Below, one piece after another: positions 26,277 to 39,207 of a DNA stretch of 64,000 bases; the first letter of the stretch is position 1; every line of letters begins with the position of its first letter. Both the position numbers and the translations under genes were made by a program. This DNA comes from Raja brachyura. Taxonomy: Eukaryota. The notes under the pieces are model-generated. The model had not been told where the DNA came from, made no database searches, and worked only from the letters and a program-made list of their open reading frames with translations. The stretch is from positions 1 to 64,000 of the forward strand of contig CAUPSL010000303.1 of NCBI GenBank assembly GCA_963514005.1, read 5' to 3'.

Positions 26277-29200
26277 ATGGAGCTACCTATAATCCCACAG
26301 ATTGAGAACATTTACTATCCCATTCTCGCACTGATTGGCATTCCAGGTAAATTAGAAACTGATATTCGTTGACTTCGTGCTTTTACCAAAGAAAATGCAA
26401 ACGGAAACAAGGAACTTACCGTCTAGGAACTAACAAACCCGCGAAATTTGCAATGCGAGTGAAATGATCAGAAAGATTGAAACCCAAGAATGATAGATTT
26501 GAAATGCAGGAAGGAACTGCAGTTGTTTAAACCGAATATACACACATAAAGCTGGTGTTATTCCGCGGGTTAGATGTCCCTGACTCGCTGAGTTACTCCA
26601 GCTTGTGTATATGATAGTTTGAAGTTTCATTGTAAAATACATTTCAAGTATGCACGAATAAGAAATGTGATTACCTCTATGAGCATGTTTTATAAAATGT
26701 TGCGATGCTTTTCTCATCAAATCGCTCCAGCACTGGAACGATGATATGTACGCAAAACGGATATACACATATTGGCGGTCAGTTTTAATTAAGGAAAATA
26801 AGGTTAATGCAGAAAACTAGAATACAATTCAGACATGATAATTGCAAACGTATCAGTTACAAGTGACCACATGGTGAACGCTTTTCTTATTCATAAAGTC
26901 ATAAGGTTATGGATGATTGAAGTAGAAGTAGTCCAGTCGGCCCATCAATCCTCTCCGCCATTCAATTATGCCTGATCTATCTCTTCCTCCTACCCCATTC
27001 GCCAACCTTCTCCCCATAACCTCTGCCACGTGTACTAATCAAATATCTATCTATCTCTGCCTTAAAAATATCCACTGACTTGGCCTCGTCATTCTTCTGT
27101 GGCACATATTTACCACCCTCTGACAAAATACATTTCTTATCATCTTCCTAAAAGAACGTCCTTTACTTCTGAGGCTATAACCTCTCGTCCCAGGGTCTCC
27201 CACTCGTGGAAACGTCCACTCTACATCCACTATATCCTAGCCTTTCACTATTATGTGTGTTCCAATGAAGTCCCCTTCATTCTTCTAAACTCCAGCTAGT
27301 ACAGACTCAGTGCCGCCAAAAGCTCCTCGTTGGTTAACCTGCTCATTCCTAGGATCATTTTTATAAACCTCCTCTGGGCCCACTCCTGAGCCAGCACATC
27401 CTTTCTCAAATATGGTGCCCAAAACTTCTCACAATATTACAATTGGGACCTTATCAGTGCCTTATAGAGCCTCAGCATTACACCCCTGTTTGTGTGTACA
27501 AGTCCTCTTGAAATAAATGCTAGCATTGAACATGCTTTCTTTACTACCGATTCGACTTGTAGATTAACCTTCTGAGAGTCCTGCACCAACACTCCCGTGT
27601 CCCTTTGCACTTCCGATTTCTGGATTATCTCCCCTTTCAGACAATAGTCTATGTTTTTATTCCTACTAGCGAAAAGCATGAAGCGACACTTTGCTACACT
27701 ATATGTCATCTGCTACTTCTCTGCCCACTCCCCCAAACTGTCCAAGTATTTCTGTAGAGTCCCTTTTTTCTCAACACGACCTGCCCTTCCATTTATTTTC
27801 GTATCATCCTCAAACTTGGCCACAAAGCCTTCAATCCACTCATCCAAATCATTAATATACATCATGAGGAGTAGTGGACCTAGCATCGACCGCTGCGGAA
27901 ATCCGCTAGTCACTGGTAGCCAACCAGAACATGCCCCCCTTTATTGCCACCCTTTGTCCTCTGTCATCCAGCCAATACATGCTAATATTTGTCGGTTGAT
28001 ACCGTGAGCTCTCATCTTCCTGAGCAACATCACGTGTGGCACCTTATCAAAGGCTTTCAGAAAATCTAAGTTAACACCATCTATTGACTCTCTTTTGCCG
28101 TCCTGCTACTTACATCTTCAAATAATTCCAGCAAATTTGTGAAGCAAGACCTCCTCTTCACAAAGCCATGCTGACTTCGGCCTATTTCATCGTGAACTTT
28201 GCCACAAGGTATGTCGCAACCTCGACATTTTTAATGGATTCTAAAATCTAACCAAGCACGGAAGTCAGACCGGCCAGCCTTTTGTTCCCACTGTTTGTGC
28301 TTTGCTCACTTCACGTGCAGCTGGGTAATATTGGACATTTTACAATAATTGGAAATTTCAATGTGCTACTTACATCTCAATGTGTTATGTACTTCTATCA
28401 GACCTCCACTCTACCTATGTCCAGGCACAGAAAACAATCCAAGTCTGTGATAACAATACTTACAGCGAATAACGTCTAACCCAATCACAATGCTGACAGA
28501 TAATGTAGCATTTACACAAACAAAACCCTCAAATTAACGATAATGGAAATGCAAAGCATGAATTTCACATTCCTTCTAAGGTCATAAACCCAATGTAATA
28601 TCTATCCATGTGTTCTTATTACTTGTATTGTAATCAAGAGGGGAAAAGATCGTCAGCTGTAGAAAATATGCCACATGTCCAAATTTCACTAAATGCACTC
28701 CACATGAGCNNNNNNNNNNNNNNNNNNNNNNNNNNNNNNNNNNNNNNNNNNNNNNNNNNNNNNNNNNNNNNNNNNNNNNNNNNNNNNNNNNNNNNNNNNN
28801 NNNNNNNNNNNNNNNNNNNNNNNNNNNNNNNNNNNNNNNNNNNNNNNNNNNNNNNNNNNNNNNNNNNNNNNNNNNNNNNNNNNNNNNNNNNNNNNNNNNN
28901 NNNNNNNNNNNNNNNNNNNNNNNNNNNNNNNNNNNNNNNNNNNNNNNNNNNNNNNNNNNNNNNNNNNNNNNNNNNNNNNNNNNNNNNNNNNNNNNNNCTT
29001 AAAACGAAGATAGACACAAAAGGCTGGAGTAATTCAGCGAGGCAGGGATCATGGAGAGAAGGAATGGGTGACGTTTCGGGTCCAGACCTTCTTCGGACGG
29101 TATATGGGTGGATATGCATATGTACACACACATTAACCTTTTTCTCTCTCGTTAATTATATTGTTTAGAATGCACTTTCTTTACATATTGAGTTGTGCTG

Positions 29201-30427
29201 CTGCAAGTAACAATTTCATTGCTCTAACAGGGACATATGACAATAAAACACTCTTGAATCTTGAATCTTGACTCCATAGGCAACGTTACCGGTCGGGCCA
29301 CTTCTTCAGTCTGAAGAAGGCTCCAGACCGGTAATGTCGCAAATCGATTCCTTCCACAGATGCCGCCTGATCCGCCGAGTTACTCCAACGCGTTGTGTTT
29401 TATTTATGAAATATTTGGAGTTAATCTCCACGTAACATTTTGTCCAAAGCGGTTATTCTCTGTGACTGCGCATCTTTCTATACTTGCAGGTAATCTTATG
29501 GCGATTGTGATTCTATCTCGTGGGAACTGTGGTCTTTCCAAATGCATCACACGTTACATGGTCGCCATGGCTGTTGCAGACCTACTGGTGATAATATTTG
29601 ATGTAGTATTATATGAGATTAATGACATGCATTTTCCGCTTTCCTTCTTGCATTATACTCCCGTCTGCAGCCTCATAATTGCCCTGGTGTTCGCAGCCAT
29701 TGATTGTTCGGTCTGGCTAACCGTTGCCTTCACATTTGATCGATACATTGCCATTTGTTGTCAGAAGCTGAGAGCAAAATACTGCACCGAAAGAACTGCC
29801 GCTATTGTAATAGTGATTGTGTTTGGATTAAGCTTTGTGCAGAATATTCCTATTTATTTTGAAAACGAGCATCTGCTGATTATTGACAACGTGCCATGGT
29901 TCTGCAAAGTGAAGTCAAGTCTCTCCAGTTTACCAATATGGGTTGCATACTTCTTCATCGACATTACCTTAACACCGTTTGTACCTTTCCTTTTGATTGT
30001 GCTGCTTAATGCCCTGACCACCAGACATATTTTACAGGCTAGTCGGATAAGAAGGGGACTCCGGGGGGACGGGACAAGCGAGGATTGCTCTGATCCGGAG
30101 ATTGTAAACCGCAGAAAATCGATCATTTTACTGCTCTCCATCTCAAGCTGTTTCATACTGCTATGGATGGTAACATTTGTCCATTACATATGCACACAAT
30201 TTGCAGGCGTTGAGTTCATGCTCACGGATTACAACGATCCGTTCGCCATTATGGAGCACACTGGGTATATGCTGCAGTGCTTGAATTCGTGCACAAACAC
30301 ATTTATTTATGCGGTGGCTCAGGCAAAGTTCAGAGAATCATTGACGAATACGCTGAAATATCCGTTTACTTTATTGAATAGATTAGTTCTAACCTCGGAC
30401 CAGAGATCACGTAGCGTTTTTGAATAA
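26277..30427 (+). CDS. Intact GPR139/GPR142-like class A GPCR, 335 aa; exon 1 26277-26346, exon 2 29490-30427
   Basis: Exon 1 MELPIIPQIENIYYPILALIGIP then GTAAAT; acceptor TTGCAG at 29489; phase-1 join G|GT; 70+938=1008 nt open; GN, AVADL, DRY and NTFIY motifs; AATAAA at 30462-30467; same intron position as the pseudogene paralog. Confidence 0.92.
26895..28350 (-). mobile_element. CR1-clade LINE fragment in the GPCR intron
   Basis: TSGFPQRSMLGPLLLMMYINDLD..AKFEDDTKI (RT) and a CR1 3' tail. Confidence 0.85.
28710..28997. other. Assembly gap (N run)
   Basis: Ns. Confidence 0.99.
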
Positions 30428-32224
30428 TCCATTATCTAAATCCATTTACCTGTTGTCGCCTAATAAAAAATGTTTGAACAGAGCATGGATGGCATGCCAC
30501 GAAAGCATCTCTGAAGTATTTATCAACTATCCTAAAGAAGTGTTCATATGTTCATAAAATGACGCATTGCAAAAACCCAATTAGTCCATTCTGCCCATCA
30601 TGACTACTCTTCCGTTCAATTATGGCAGATCTATCTATCATTCCTTACACCATTCTCCTGCCTTCCCCCCTTAACCACTGACACCCGTACTAATCAAGAA
30701 TCTACCCACCTCCACCTGAAAAACTATCCATCGAATTGGCCTCCACAGCCTTCAGTGGCAACCAATTCCACATAATCACCACCCTCCAACTGTTCTTAGG
30801 TTGTGACCTCTTGTCCTAGACTTTCCCAGTAGTGGAAACATTCCCTCGACATACATTCTATCCCGGCCTTTCATTACTCAATATGTCTTGCAAATGGAGG
30901 CACGAGGTTGCAGAAGCTTGAATCTTGAGCAAATAAAACACCTTTCTGAAGGAAGCCAAGGGTCTCTACGCGAAACGTCATCTGTCCCTCCTCACCACAG
31001 ATGCTGCCTGATCCACAAAGTTCCTCTGATAGATTGTTCTTTGGTCATATCTTGTAAATGCTATTCGTCATGTTCAATGCGACGTCTCCATGGAACAGCT
31101 TTTAATATTGTCAATTACTATTGTCAATTACTATCGTATTTCTTTGTGATATCACCAAATCGAATTATTGTCATCCTGACGTAGCCCAGAAACTCACTAA
31201 AATGCACGAAACTTCTCACAACACAGCTCCCTCTCTCAGTCCCATTATGAGTTCATGCATCGCATTTCTATATCAGCTTCATGCAACCGCGGAGAAAATG
31301 ATCTTTGATAGAAGCCTTTTATCCACCGTTGCAAATCGCCAAGCCCGTCAACATTAGGCAATGTATAATTGTACATTTATTTTATCTGCACATTAGCTGT
31401 AAACGCAGCGTCAGAACGCGGTAACACTGTATTCTGCACGCTGGTATATTTTTTTTATCTTTACACAACTAATTATATTCATGCAAAGTATGATGTGGCT
31501 GAATACCACGCACAAGATTTCTCGCTGTATCTGGTTACCCGCGTCAATAATAAACCAATACGTTATATCTATCTATTGCAGCATCCAGTGTTTATTTTAA
31601 GCAGGTAGCAAGGTTTTATTAACATTTATTTTTGTGTTTGACTGCGTGGTGAAGAGCCATCCTTTTTTCCCACTGCTGAAGGTATCCATGCGCTAGCACA
31701 ATATTCTGTCGGCGTGGGGCGTTTCGGCATTTGCAATACTGAGGATCAGAGACATGTTTCCAAATCAGAATGGCGGTCAATTTGGATCTTGATCTGCAGG
31801 TGCTATTTTTACACTGTAGATTTCTAAGGGAGAATAACAATAATTGCCGGTTTGGTATGCGAAAGGGTGTTGATTTTACAGTCCAGAGGAAAATGATTAT
31901 AATCTTCCATTCAGTGGCCAAAAGTAATACTTGTCCAAATGAATATTTTCTTCCCAGGACATCAGCACTTGCAAGCACTTGCCATTTCCAAGTTCGGGCG
32001 AGTCCCACTGTCTGGTCAAAATGATGGTGACTCAATTATTATTTGAACAGAGGCTGATGGCGGGGGAGTTAACTTGGCAAAGTTATTGAATGTTACATCT
32101 TGCCTAATACTACACCTTCAAACAACGTTGCTGTCATTCACACATTTCTTAAACATGGAACTCATATCTATACTAAAATCCTTGATTTAAATCAGAAAAT
32201 ACCAGCAAAAATTAAGGGCAGCTT

Positions 32225-32430
32225 CTCAGCAGTTGAATGGATGCCTCGCAGCGTCAGAGACCCGGGTTTGATCCGGACTACGGGTGCTGCCTGTGTGAAC
32301 GTCGTACGTTCACATTGACTGCGTGGGTTTTCTCCGGGCGCTGGTTTCCACCCACATTCCAAACTCGTGCAGGTTTACAGGTTAATTGTCCCCTGTAAAT
32401 TGCCCTTAGTAAGATGTGTAAGGTGCCAAA
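32225..32430 (+). mobile_element. V-SINE (HE1-like)
   Basis: GAGACCCGGGTTTGATCC, GCGTGGGTTTTCTCCGGG core. Confidence 0.7.
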
Positions 32431-33079
32431 GTGGGACCGAGTCATTGAGTCACACTGCGTTGAAACAGGCTTTTCGGCACAGCATGCCCCATACACAATC
32501 TACTCTTGGCTCATAACCCTCTAAACGCATCCTATGCATGTACCTGTCCAATTGTCTGTTAATTGTTATGATAATACCTGCCTCAACCTCCTCCTCTGGC
32601 AGCTCGTTCCATATACCCAACACACTTTGTCTAAAATGTTCCTATTAAATCTCCACACACATCCCCTCTCACCGTAAACCAATATACTCTGTTTCTCCAG
32701 TCCCCTATTGTGGGCAAAAACTCATGCGCATTTACCCGATTGATTGCTCTCATAATTTTGTAAACCTCTTTCTGATCACCCACCTTTTGCAATGTAAGGA
32801 ATGAAATCGGAGCCTTCTCAACCTCACCCTCCCTGAACATAGACTCGCTGACTTGCAGAACAGTTCAGCAAAGGAACAGACCCTTGGGTCTACACCTTCT
32901 GTTCCGAACGTGATACCAAGTTGAACTAATCTCCTCTACCAACACATGTTCCATATCCACCCCTTTCCCTGCATATCTATGCTTTTCTAGAGACGTCAAT
33001 TGCGACCATCAAGTTTCCTTGTAAATCTCCTCTGGACTCTTTCCAGCTGGTGTGTTACAAACAAAGTGCATGAAGAATT

Positions 33080-33206
33080 CAGTGGGTCAGGCAGCATCTG
33101 TGGTGGGAATCGACTGACATCGTTTTGAAGTCACCAGTCTGAACAAGAGTTCCAGCCTGAAAAGTCGTTGGTTCATTCCATCCCACAGATGTTGCCTGAC
33201 CCACTG
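33080..33206. repeat. Inverted-repeat (hairpin) Penelope-tail-derived element
   Basis: CAGTGGGTCAGGCAGCATCTGTGG at 33080 versus CCACAGATGTTGCCTGACCCACTG ending at 33206. Confidence 0.7.
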
Positions 33207-35017
33207 TATTCCTCCAACGGTTTTGCTCAATAATCCAGCATCTGCAGTTTCTAGTATCCCCAGAGTTCTGTTAACTGTTACCATTTATTTGCCTTATTTT
33301 ATTACATTTTGTATTACATTTCTGTTAAATTATGTTGCAGTTTGGAAATGTTTTCACCTCAGCTGCGAACCTGCATTCCTACTGTACTTGTCTACTTTAA
33401 TCATGCTAATTTATGATAAATGCCAGCAAAACACCTCATCACTACCACTACAATACAGCGAAGCAAGACCCACCATTTTCTATACAGTCGCCTTAATACC
33501 ATTTCTTCAATTACTTTGAGAACCTCTGCACTCTGCTTCAGTGACAGATAATATTAAGTGTAAATTCACAACTATTTATTGTTCTGGGGTTGGGTTATTT
33601 TGCACCATATAAACAGGCCAAAATATTTCTCCATCCGTATCCCTAAGTTTATTTGATATACAATGATAAATACAAAACAATGGATTATTTAAATGTTTAC
33701 TGTGCTGATGGAGACCATTCATCCTATCAGACCAATTCTGCCTCTGTACTGGAGAAAATAACTTGTTCAACCCCTGCCCTTCGACTGTACTTTGCATTTT
33801 TCTGCTCACAATAAGTGAATACAATTCTCTCTTTGTAATGAAACATAAATAGGATTCGGATCAATGAACGGAGAAAGAAAGTTCCAGGGGTACAAATGTT
33901 TATCTTTATTACATCAAATTACACGACAAAGCATTTAAAAAAGCAACGAATCTCATAGCTTTCGGCTCAATGTATTAAATGATAGAAGCAGTGGCAAATA
34001 CCATCAAGTCTCATTCTTCTGCCTATTGGAGGTTCCTATTTATGATGGCTGGTATAGAGATCTTGCGGAGTGGAGAACAGTGGAGATCAGCCACTGTTTT
34101 TCAAAGGTTCAGCATTAAATGAAGCACCGAGCTATTCTTGCATATCTCTGAGAATGAAAGGTTTATCTTATCCTTTCGCTACATTGTAAGTATCCTTGTA
34201 GGCTGCTCCATAATTTCCCAATTATTCTAAGCGAGCCCACGCATTTTCTCAAGCATCAAATTGTTTCCCAAAGCCAGCCTACTTGCTTACCATTCAGTAC
34301 CGTTAGCAGAACATTTCATCTTTTGTGAAAACCCTGATTACCTTTTGCAATGCATTATGGATATAATGGAATCAACTACTCAACATCTACATGCCATACA
34401 TTTGAAATTCCAAATGCACGTTCCATATATTTCCTTGTCCTCTCTCCATGTGACATCTAGCCCTCAAACCTTCCATCAACGTGCACAGCCTCCCAATCCA
34501 TTCTTCCAATCAAAGATTGATCATTTTCCAGAGCTCCAAGAAATTAATCTGTGATTCACCACCCTCTGACTGAAGAGATTCCTTCTGATCCCTTTCTAAA
34601 GATACATCATGTTATTCTGAGAAATATACTTGCCAAAACCCCAGCATCTGCAGTTTTAGTCTCCTGGTCTTAGGAAGAATGTTCTTGTTAAGGAGGGAGT
34701 GTTGTGAACGTTCATCAGATTTCAAGGATGGGAGGACTACTGTACGGAAGGCAATTTGGGTGATTAGTTTTACATCCGTGATTAGGACCATTCTAAAACA
34801 ACTACACAATTCTTAAGGGTCTGTACAGATTCAAGAGAGTCAAGAGTGTTTTATTGTAATATGTCCCAGACAGTACAGTTAAATTCATACTCACTGCATC
34901 TCATGGAATATGGAAACGTAGTACACGGTAACCAATATGAAAAACGAGAAATAAAAATCTGTGTGTGTGTATATATATACACACACACAGTGTGTGTATA
35001 TATATATACGCACACAC

Positions 35018-36171
35018 AAGGAACAGTCGGTTCTACATTGGAGAATCCAGCATAGACAAACCAACTATTTTGCAGATCGCATAAGGTGGGAAGAGACTCA
35101 TGTGAACTGTATGCAGAAGTGTGTATATATATACACACACATATTAACAGGGACACATACATATATGTGTATATATGTATTCGTACATATACTCAACAGC
35201 GATATTAAGTCAGTTCAGGACCCAGTAGTCAGAATCTGAAGCTCAGGCATAAAGTTGAGATGAAGAGTGCTTACTTTTCTCACAGAATGGTGAACGTGTG
35301 GAATGTTATACCACTGGAAGCAGTTGAACACAGATCATTACATTTATTCAAGCAGTTGTATGTTATTCGTATGGTCAAAGGATCACAGATGATGAGGAGA
35401 AATAAAATAATCAAGGTAATAAATTTGGGTCACAATTTATCACATGGAACAGTAGATGAGGCTTAAATGCCTGAATTCCTATTAATTGTATATTCTGCAT
35501 TTCAACATGTTTGTATTCATCCTGGTCACATTTCCTCTGCATCGAAGAGCATGATAACTTAAAAGGAAACGATACTCTGGTGCCTATGCCTTTTTTTGCA
35601 ATAAGACATATGCATACATTGGTTTGGTGTTCACAAAGCGAGGACAAATCAGAAATAATTTTCTGAACACATCATCCATTGCTGTTTCAATGTGTTTAGT
35701 CAAAATTCAAAAAAAACGAAAACAACTACTGTGTTTTTTAAGCACTGCACTGAAAATGTACTAACCGACATTTAAAACGTTTTTGGATAAAATAAATAAA
35801 ACATGGTCATCGAATCTCACTTGTAAGTCTTCCACCCACTGCCCTCCACCCCCTGCCCTCCACCCCTTTGAGAAGAGGCTGAAGGGTGATATTAAAATAC
35901 ATAAAGGTTTTAAGTGAATCATATTGATGAAAACATTTCCACGATAAAATCCAGCAGGGATTTATACAGAGAATGCTCCCTCTCCTCCCCTCCCACCCAA
36001 TACTGGTAAGAATGAGGTCCAGATTAATGAATTGCATTTAGGGGAAGGCTAGGCAAACACAAAAGAGAAAGGAACAGTCGGTTCTACATTGGAGAATCCA
36101 GCATAGACAAACCAACTATTTTGCAGATCGCATAAGGTGGGAAGAGACTCATGTGAACTGTATGCAGAAGT
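35018..36171 (+). repeat. Identical 103-bp direct repeat (35018-35120 and 36069-36171)
   Basis: AAGGAACAGTCGGTTCTACATTGG...TATGCAGAAGT is present twice with no mismatch by eye. Confidence 0.92.
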
Positions 36172-37993
36172 ATTGACAGGGTAGGCAGAGTGGCCTGTTT
36201 CTACACACTTGTTTCCACTACAACGGTGTATTACTTTGACTGCCAATTCATTTTTGATCAGTTTCTTCCCATTCTTTCGTTAAAAAAATACAAAATCAAC
36301 TTTGACATAAGATAACTGTAATTGATGCTGTTGCAAATAAATGGAAGCATTACATTTTAACAACAATTTAATTTTGTGCCTTGCATATTATATCTTTCCT
36401 ATTATATCTTGCATATTCCATATATCTTGCCTTCACTTTGCAACATGAAGCCACTATAAAACAGGGTGCAATCTAATGTGTTTACTTGGATTTCATGCCC
36501 ATCTATTTCCAAAAATCTTATGCTCGATGGTCTATTCATCAAGCACATTCTACTGGCAACTATTATTAGGTTAAATCACAAGAGCAGCACTTGTTCCAAA
36601 TCAGCCACATAAAATGAACTTGATCACTGTGCCACCAATCACTGTGGGCATTTTTTATATTCATATAGATGATAAATTATTTGCATTAGATTAGAAATGT
36701 ACAAAGTACAAACAATCAAGACGTTTTGACATAATCAAATAACCAAGCATTATGTAGCAACATTTATTGGTGCTGAGTCTCAGACTAAATGCAATGTTAA
36801 AACAAAATATATTCTATCCAATAATAACTGTAGCTAATGGAATCTCCAACTGAAAACAGAAGACTGAAAACATTCAATGGCTCAAGCAAAATAATTGGAA
36901 CAAATTGTTGATATCACAAATAGGGTCAAGAACCTGCACCCGGCATGTGAGGGAAGAGGATGGCAGGGAGGAATAGGACAGAGGCTTGTGCATAAAATGT
37001 AGAAACAGTTGGGGAGAGGATAATGGGTACATGGAAACAGGTAGGAGAGGAGGAAGAAGAGGTGAACCACAGGAGAATAAACTTTTCAGGTGAGACAGAG
37101 GTTCACTTGCACCTCTTTCAAATTTCCATACTGCATTCACTACTCACACTGTGGTCTTCTCTACATTGGAGAAACTGGCTTAGACGTCAACAATTTTGTA
37201 GAGCACCTAGCCTTTGAAGTAAACAGAATCCCGAGACTTTTTATGGTATTTTAACCCCTTTATCCACTCTCACACAGACCCATCTGTCGTTAACCTTGGG
37301 CACTGAAAGTTTTGAGTAAAATGTCTGATAATCCACTTGGGTACTTTACAAGCCAATGGTATGAATATAAAGTTTTCACATTTCAGCTTATCCATAGCAC
37401 TGGTGTTCATTTGTGCTCCCACAACCACCCCTACACTAACTTTGCTCCATCTGCCCATCATCCCCTGCCCAGCTGATTCCACCTGCCACTTACCAGCCTC
37501 TGTCCCATTCCTCCTTCAAACTGTTAGAATCTGGCCATCCTCTCCTTCAAATCTCATGCAGTGCCTTGACTTGAAATGTTGGTAAATGTAATTTGCCTCC
37601 ACAGATGCTCTTTGACCAAGTGCTTCCACTGGCCTTTCTTTAGTCTAAAATTCGTGTTGGAAATAACCACAAAGTCTTACTCTATCTATAATTGAAACCA
37701 TTTAATTGGTGATCTGAGAGAGCTTTCTAAAATCATCAGGGTGATTGACCAGGATTTATTTTACACAGGGTAGGGTATCAAGAACCAGATAAACAGGTGT
37801 AAGCAGTGTTCAATGCTAATTTTACTTCGGAGTCACGTGAGTGACTACGTGAAGACCCCGCCAGCACGCATGCGCGACATATCGTCGTACTCATGCGGAA
37901 GCGACGGTCGGGAGGAGCGGGGCTCCTCCAGCGTAAGTTAAATAGCTTACGCCAGGTAAGTCTCACCGGAGGAGTGAGTCGACAGAGTCACAT

Positions 37994-39205
37994 ATGGAAT
38001 CGCGTAAATCTGAAAGAGTTGCGGCAAAAGCAGCTGCCAAGGAGAGCAGCCAGCAGAGAGCCGCCTCTCCAGAGTTACAGGTTTTACCTGCAGCTCCCGA
38101 CTTTTCGCCCATTGGGGCCGTTGGGACGCCACGGTCGGGCGGGAAAGCCACCCGGAAGTCGGACGGGGCCGCCGACTCAGCGGAGTCCGGTCCCGAGGAC
38201 ACCCCGTTCGCAGATAGCGACGGAGGTCGTCTTGCCCGCATGGAGCGGATGGTGGAGCAGTTGCTCCAACGTGACCTGCTATTGCAGGGGCAGGGTCACA
38301 GTGGGCCGCTTAGCAGGCCCACGGCAGGTTCCTACCGAGGACTGCCTAATGTCTCCCCCTCCACACAGGGGAGCATTGAGGGTCAGAACTGGGCTGACCC
38401 AGAAGAAGGGGAGCTGGCTGAATTACCATCTGTGTCAGGGGTGTGTGAAGACTACATGGATATGGTAAGAAAGCATGCAATGCCTAACCAGAAGGGCCTA
38501 CCAATCCACCCCAAGCTGGCTGCCAGCATAAACTACATGGCAACTAACCAGCTGCAGGAACAGGCCATTAATGCAACTGCAGACAAATACATGGCACCTG
38601 AAAACTGCAACTCGTTAAATGTACCTGCTGTAAACAACCCTATATGGGGGAACATGAGCCCCTCGAGCAGAGGCCAGGAGATTAAACTTCAAAGAATCCT
38701 GAAGATCCTAACCGCCGGGATTACGGCAGTGGCAAGAACTGCAGTGGGTGTGGAGATGCCGGAAGAATTACAAGATGCTTTAGCTCTACTGTGTAACACC
38801 CAGTATGAGATCAATAACTTCAGAAAAAGCATCATAAAGCCGGCGCTTAACCCCAAGTTTGCGGGGTTGTGTAAGCCTGGGAAGACTCAGCCTCCAAGCC
38901 TGCTGTTCGGGGAAGATCTCCCCAACCAGGTTAAAGGCCTTGATGAGGAGGCAAAGGCTTTGGGCCTAATCAAGGTTCCTGGCTGCACCAAGCCTCACTA
39001 CCCACACAGACAGCGCCCCTACACACCCACCGGGCAGAGTTACCATAACAAGTCTGCCGGTGGTGAAAGCTCGAAGGCCGGCAATCCTGCACAGCGGTCT
39101 TTTTTAGGCCATGGCCCAGGCCGGCCTTCTTGGAAGATGCGCCACTCCTACAACACAACCAACCAACCAAGGAAGCAAGGACAGAAACCACAACACCGGC
39201 AGTAA
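37994..39205 (+). CDS. DIRS gag-like ORF1 (403 aa, open)
   Basis: Uninterrupted ATG-to-stop ORF at the DIRS 5' end; PENC..L.VP.VN..IW and LLFGEDL motifs typical of DIRS gag; basic, low-complexity C-terminus. Confidence 0.8.
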   Translation: MESRKSERVAAKAAAKESSQQRAASPELQVLPAAPDFSPIGAVGTPRSGGKATRKSDGAADSAESGPEDTPFADSDGGRLARMERMVEQLLQRDLLLQGQGHSGPLSRPTAGSYRGLPNVSPSTQGSIEGQNWADPEEGELAELPSVSGVCEDYMDMVRKHAMPNQKGLPIHPKLAASINYMATNQLQEQAINATADKYMAPENCNSLNVPAVNNPIWGNMSPSSRGQEIKLQRILKILTAGITAVARTAVGVEMPEELQDALALLCNTQYEINNFRKSIIKPALNPKFAGLCKPGKTQPPSLLFGEDLPNQVKGLDEEAKALGLIKVPGCTKPHYPHRQRPYTPTGQSYHNKSAGGESSKAGNPAQRSFLGHGPGRPSWKMRHSYNTTNQPRKQGQKPQHRQ

Positions 39206-39207
39206 CC

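Noticed and set aside
29360-29489. N-terminal 43 aa (MPPDPPSY...) of the 355-aa ORF as the true GPCR start
   Set aside because: It lies in repeat-derived intron sequence. The real first half of TM1 is in exon 1 at 26277-26346, matching the paralog's structure.
37893-38468. 191-aa ORF overlapping gag as an independent protein
   Set aside because: No recognisable domain. Only its first 21 codons, up to the splice donor, are proposed as meaningful.
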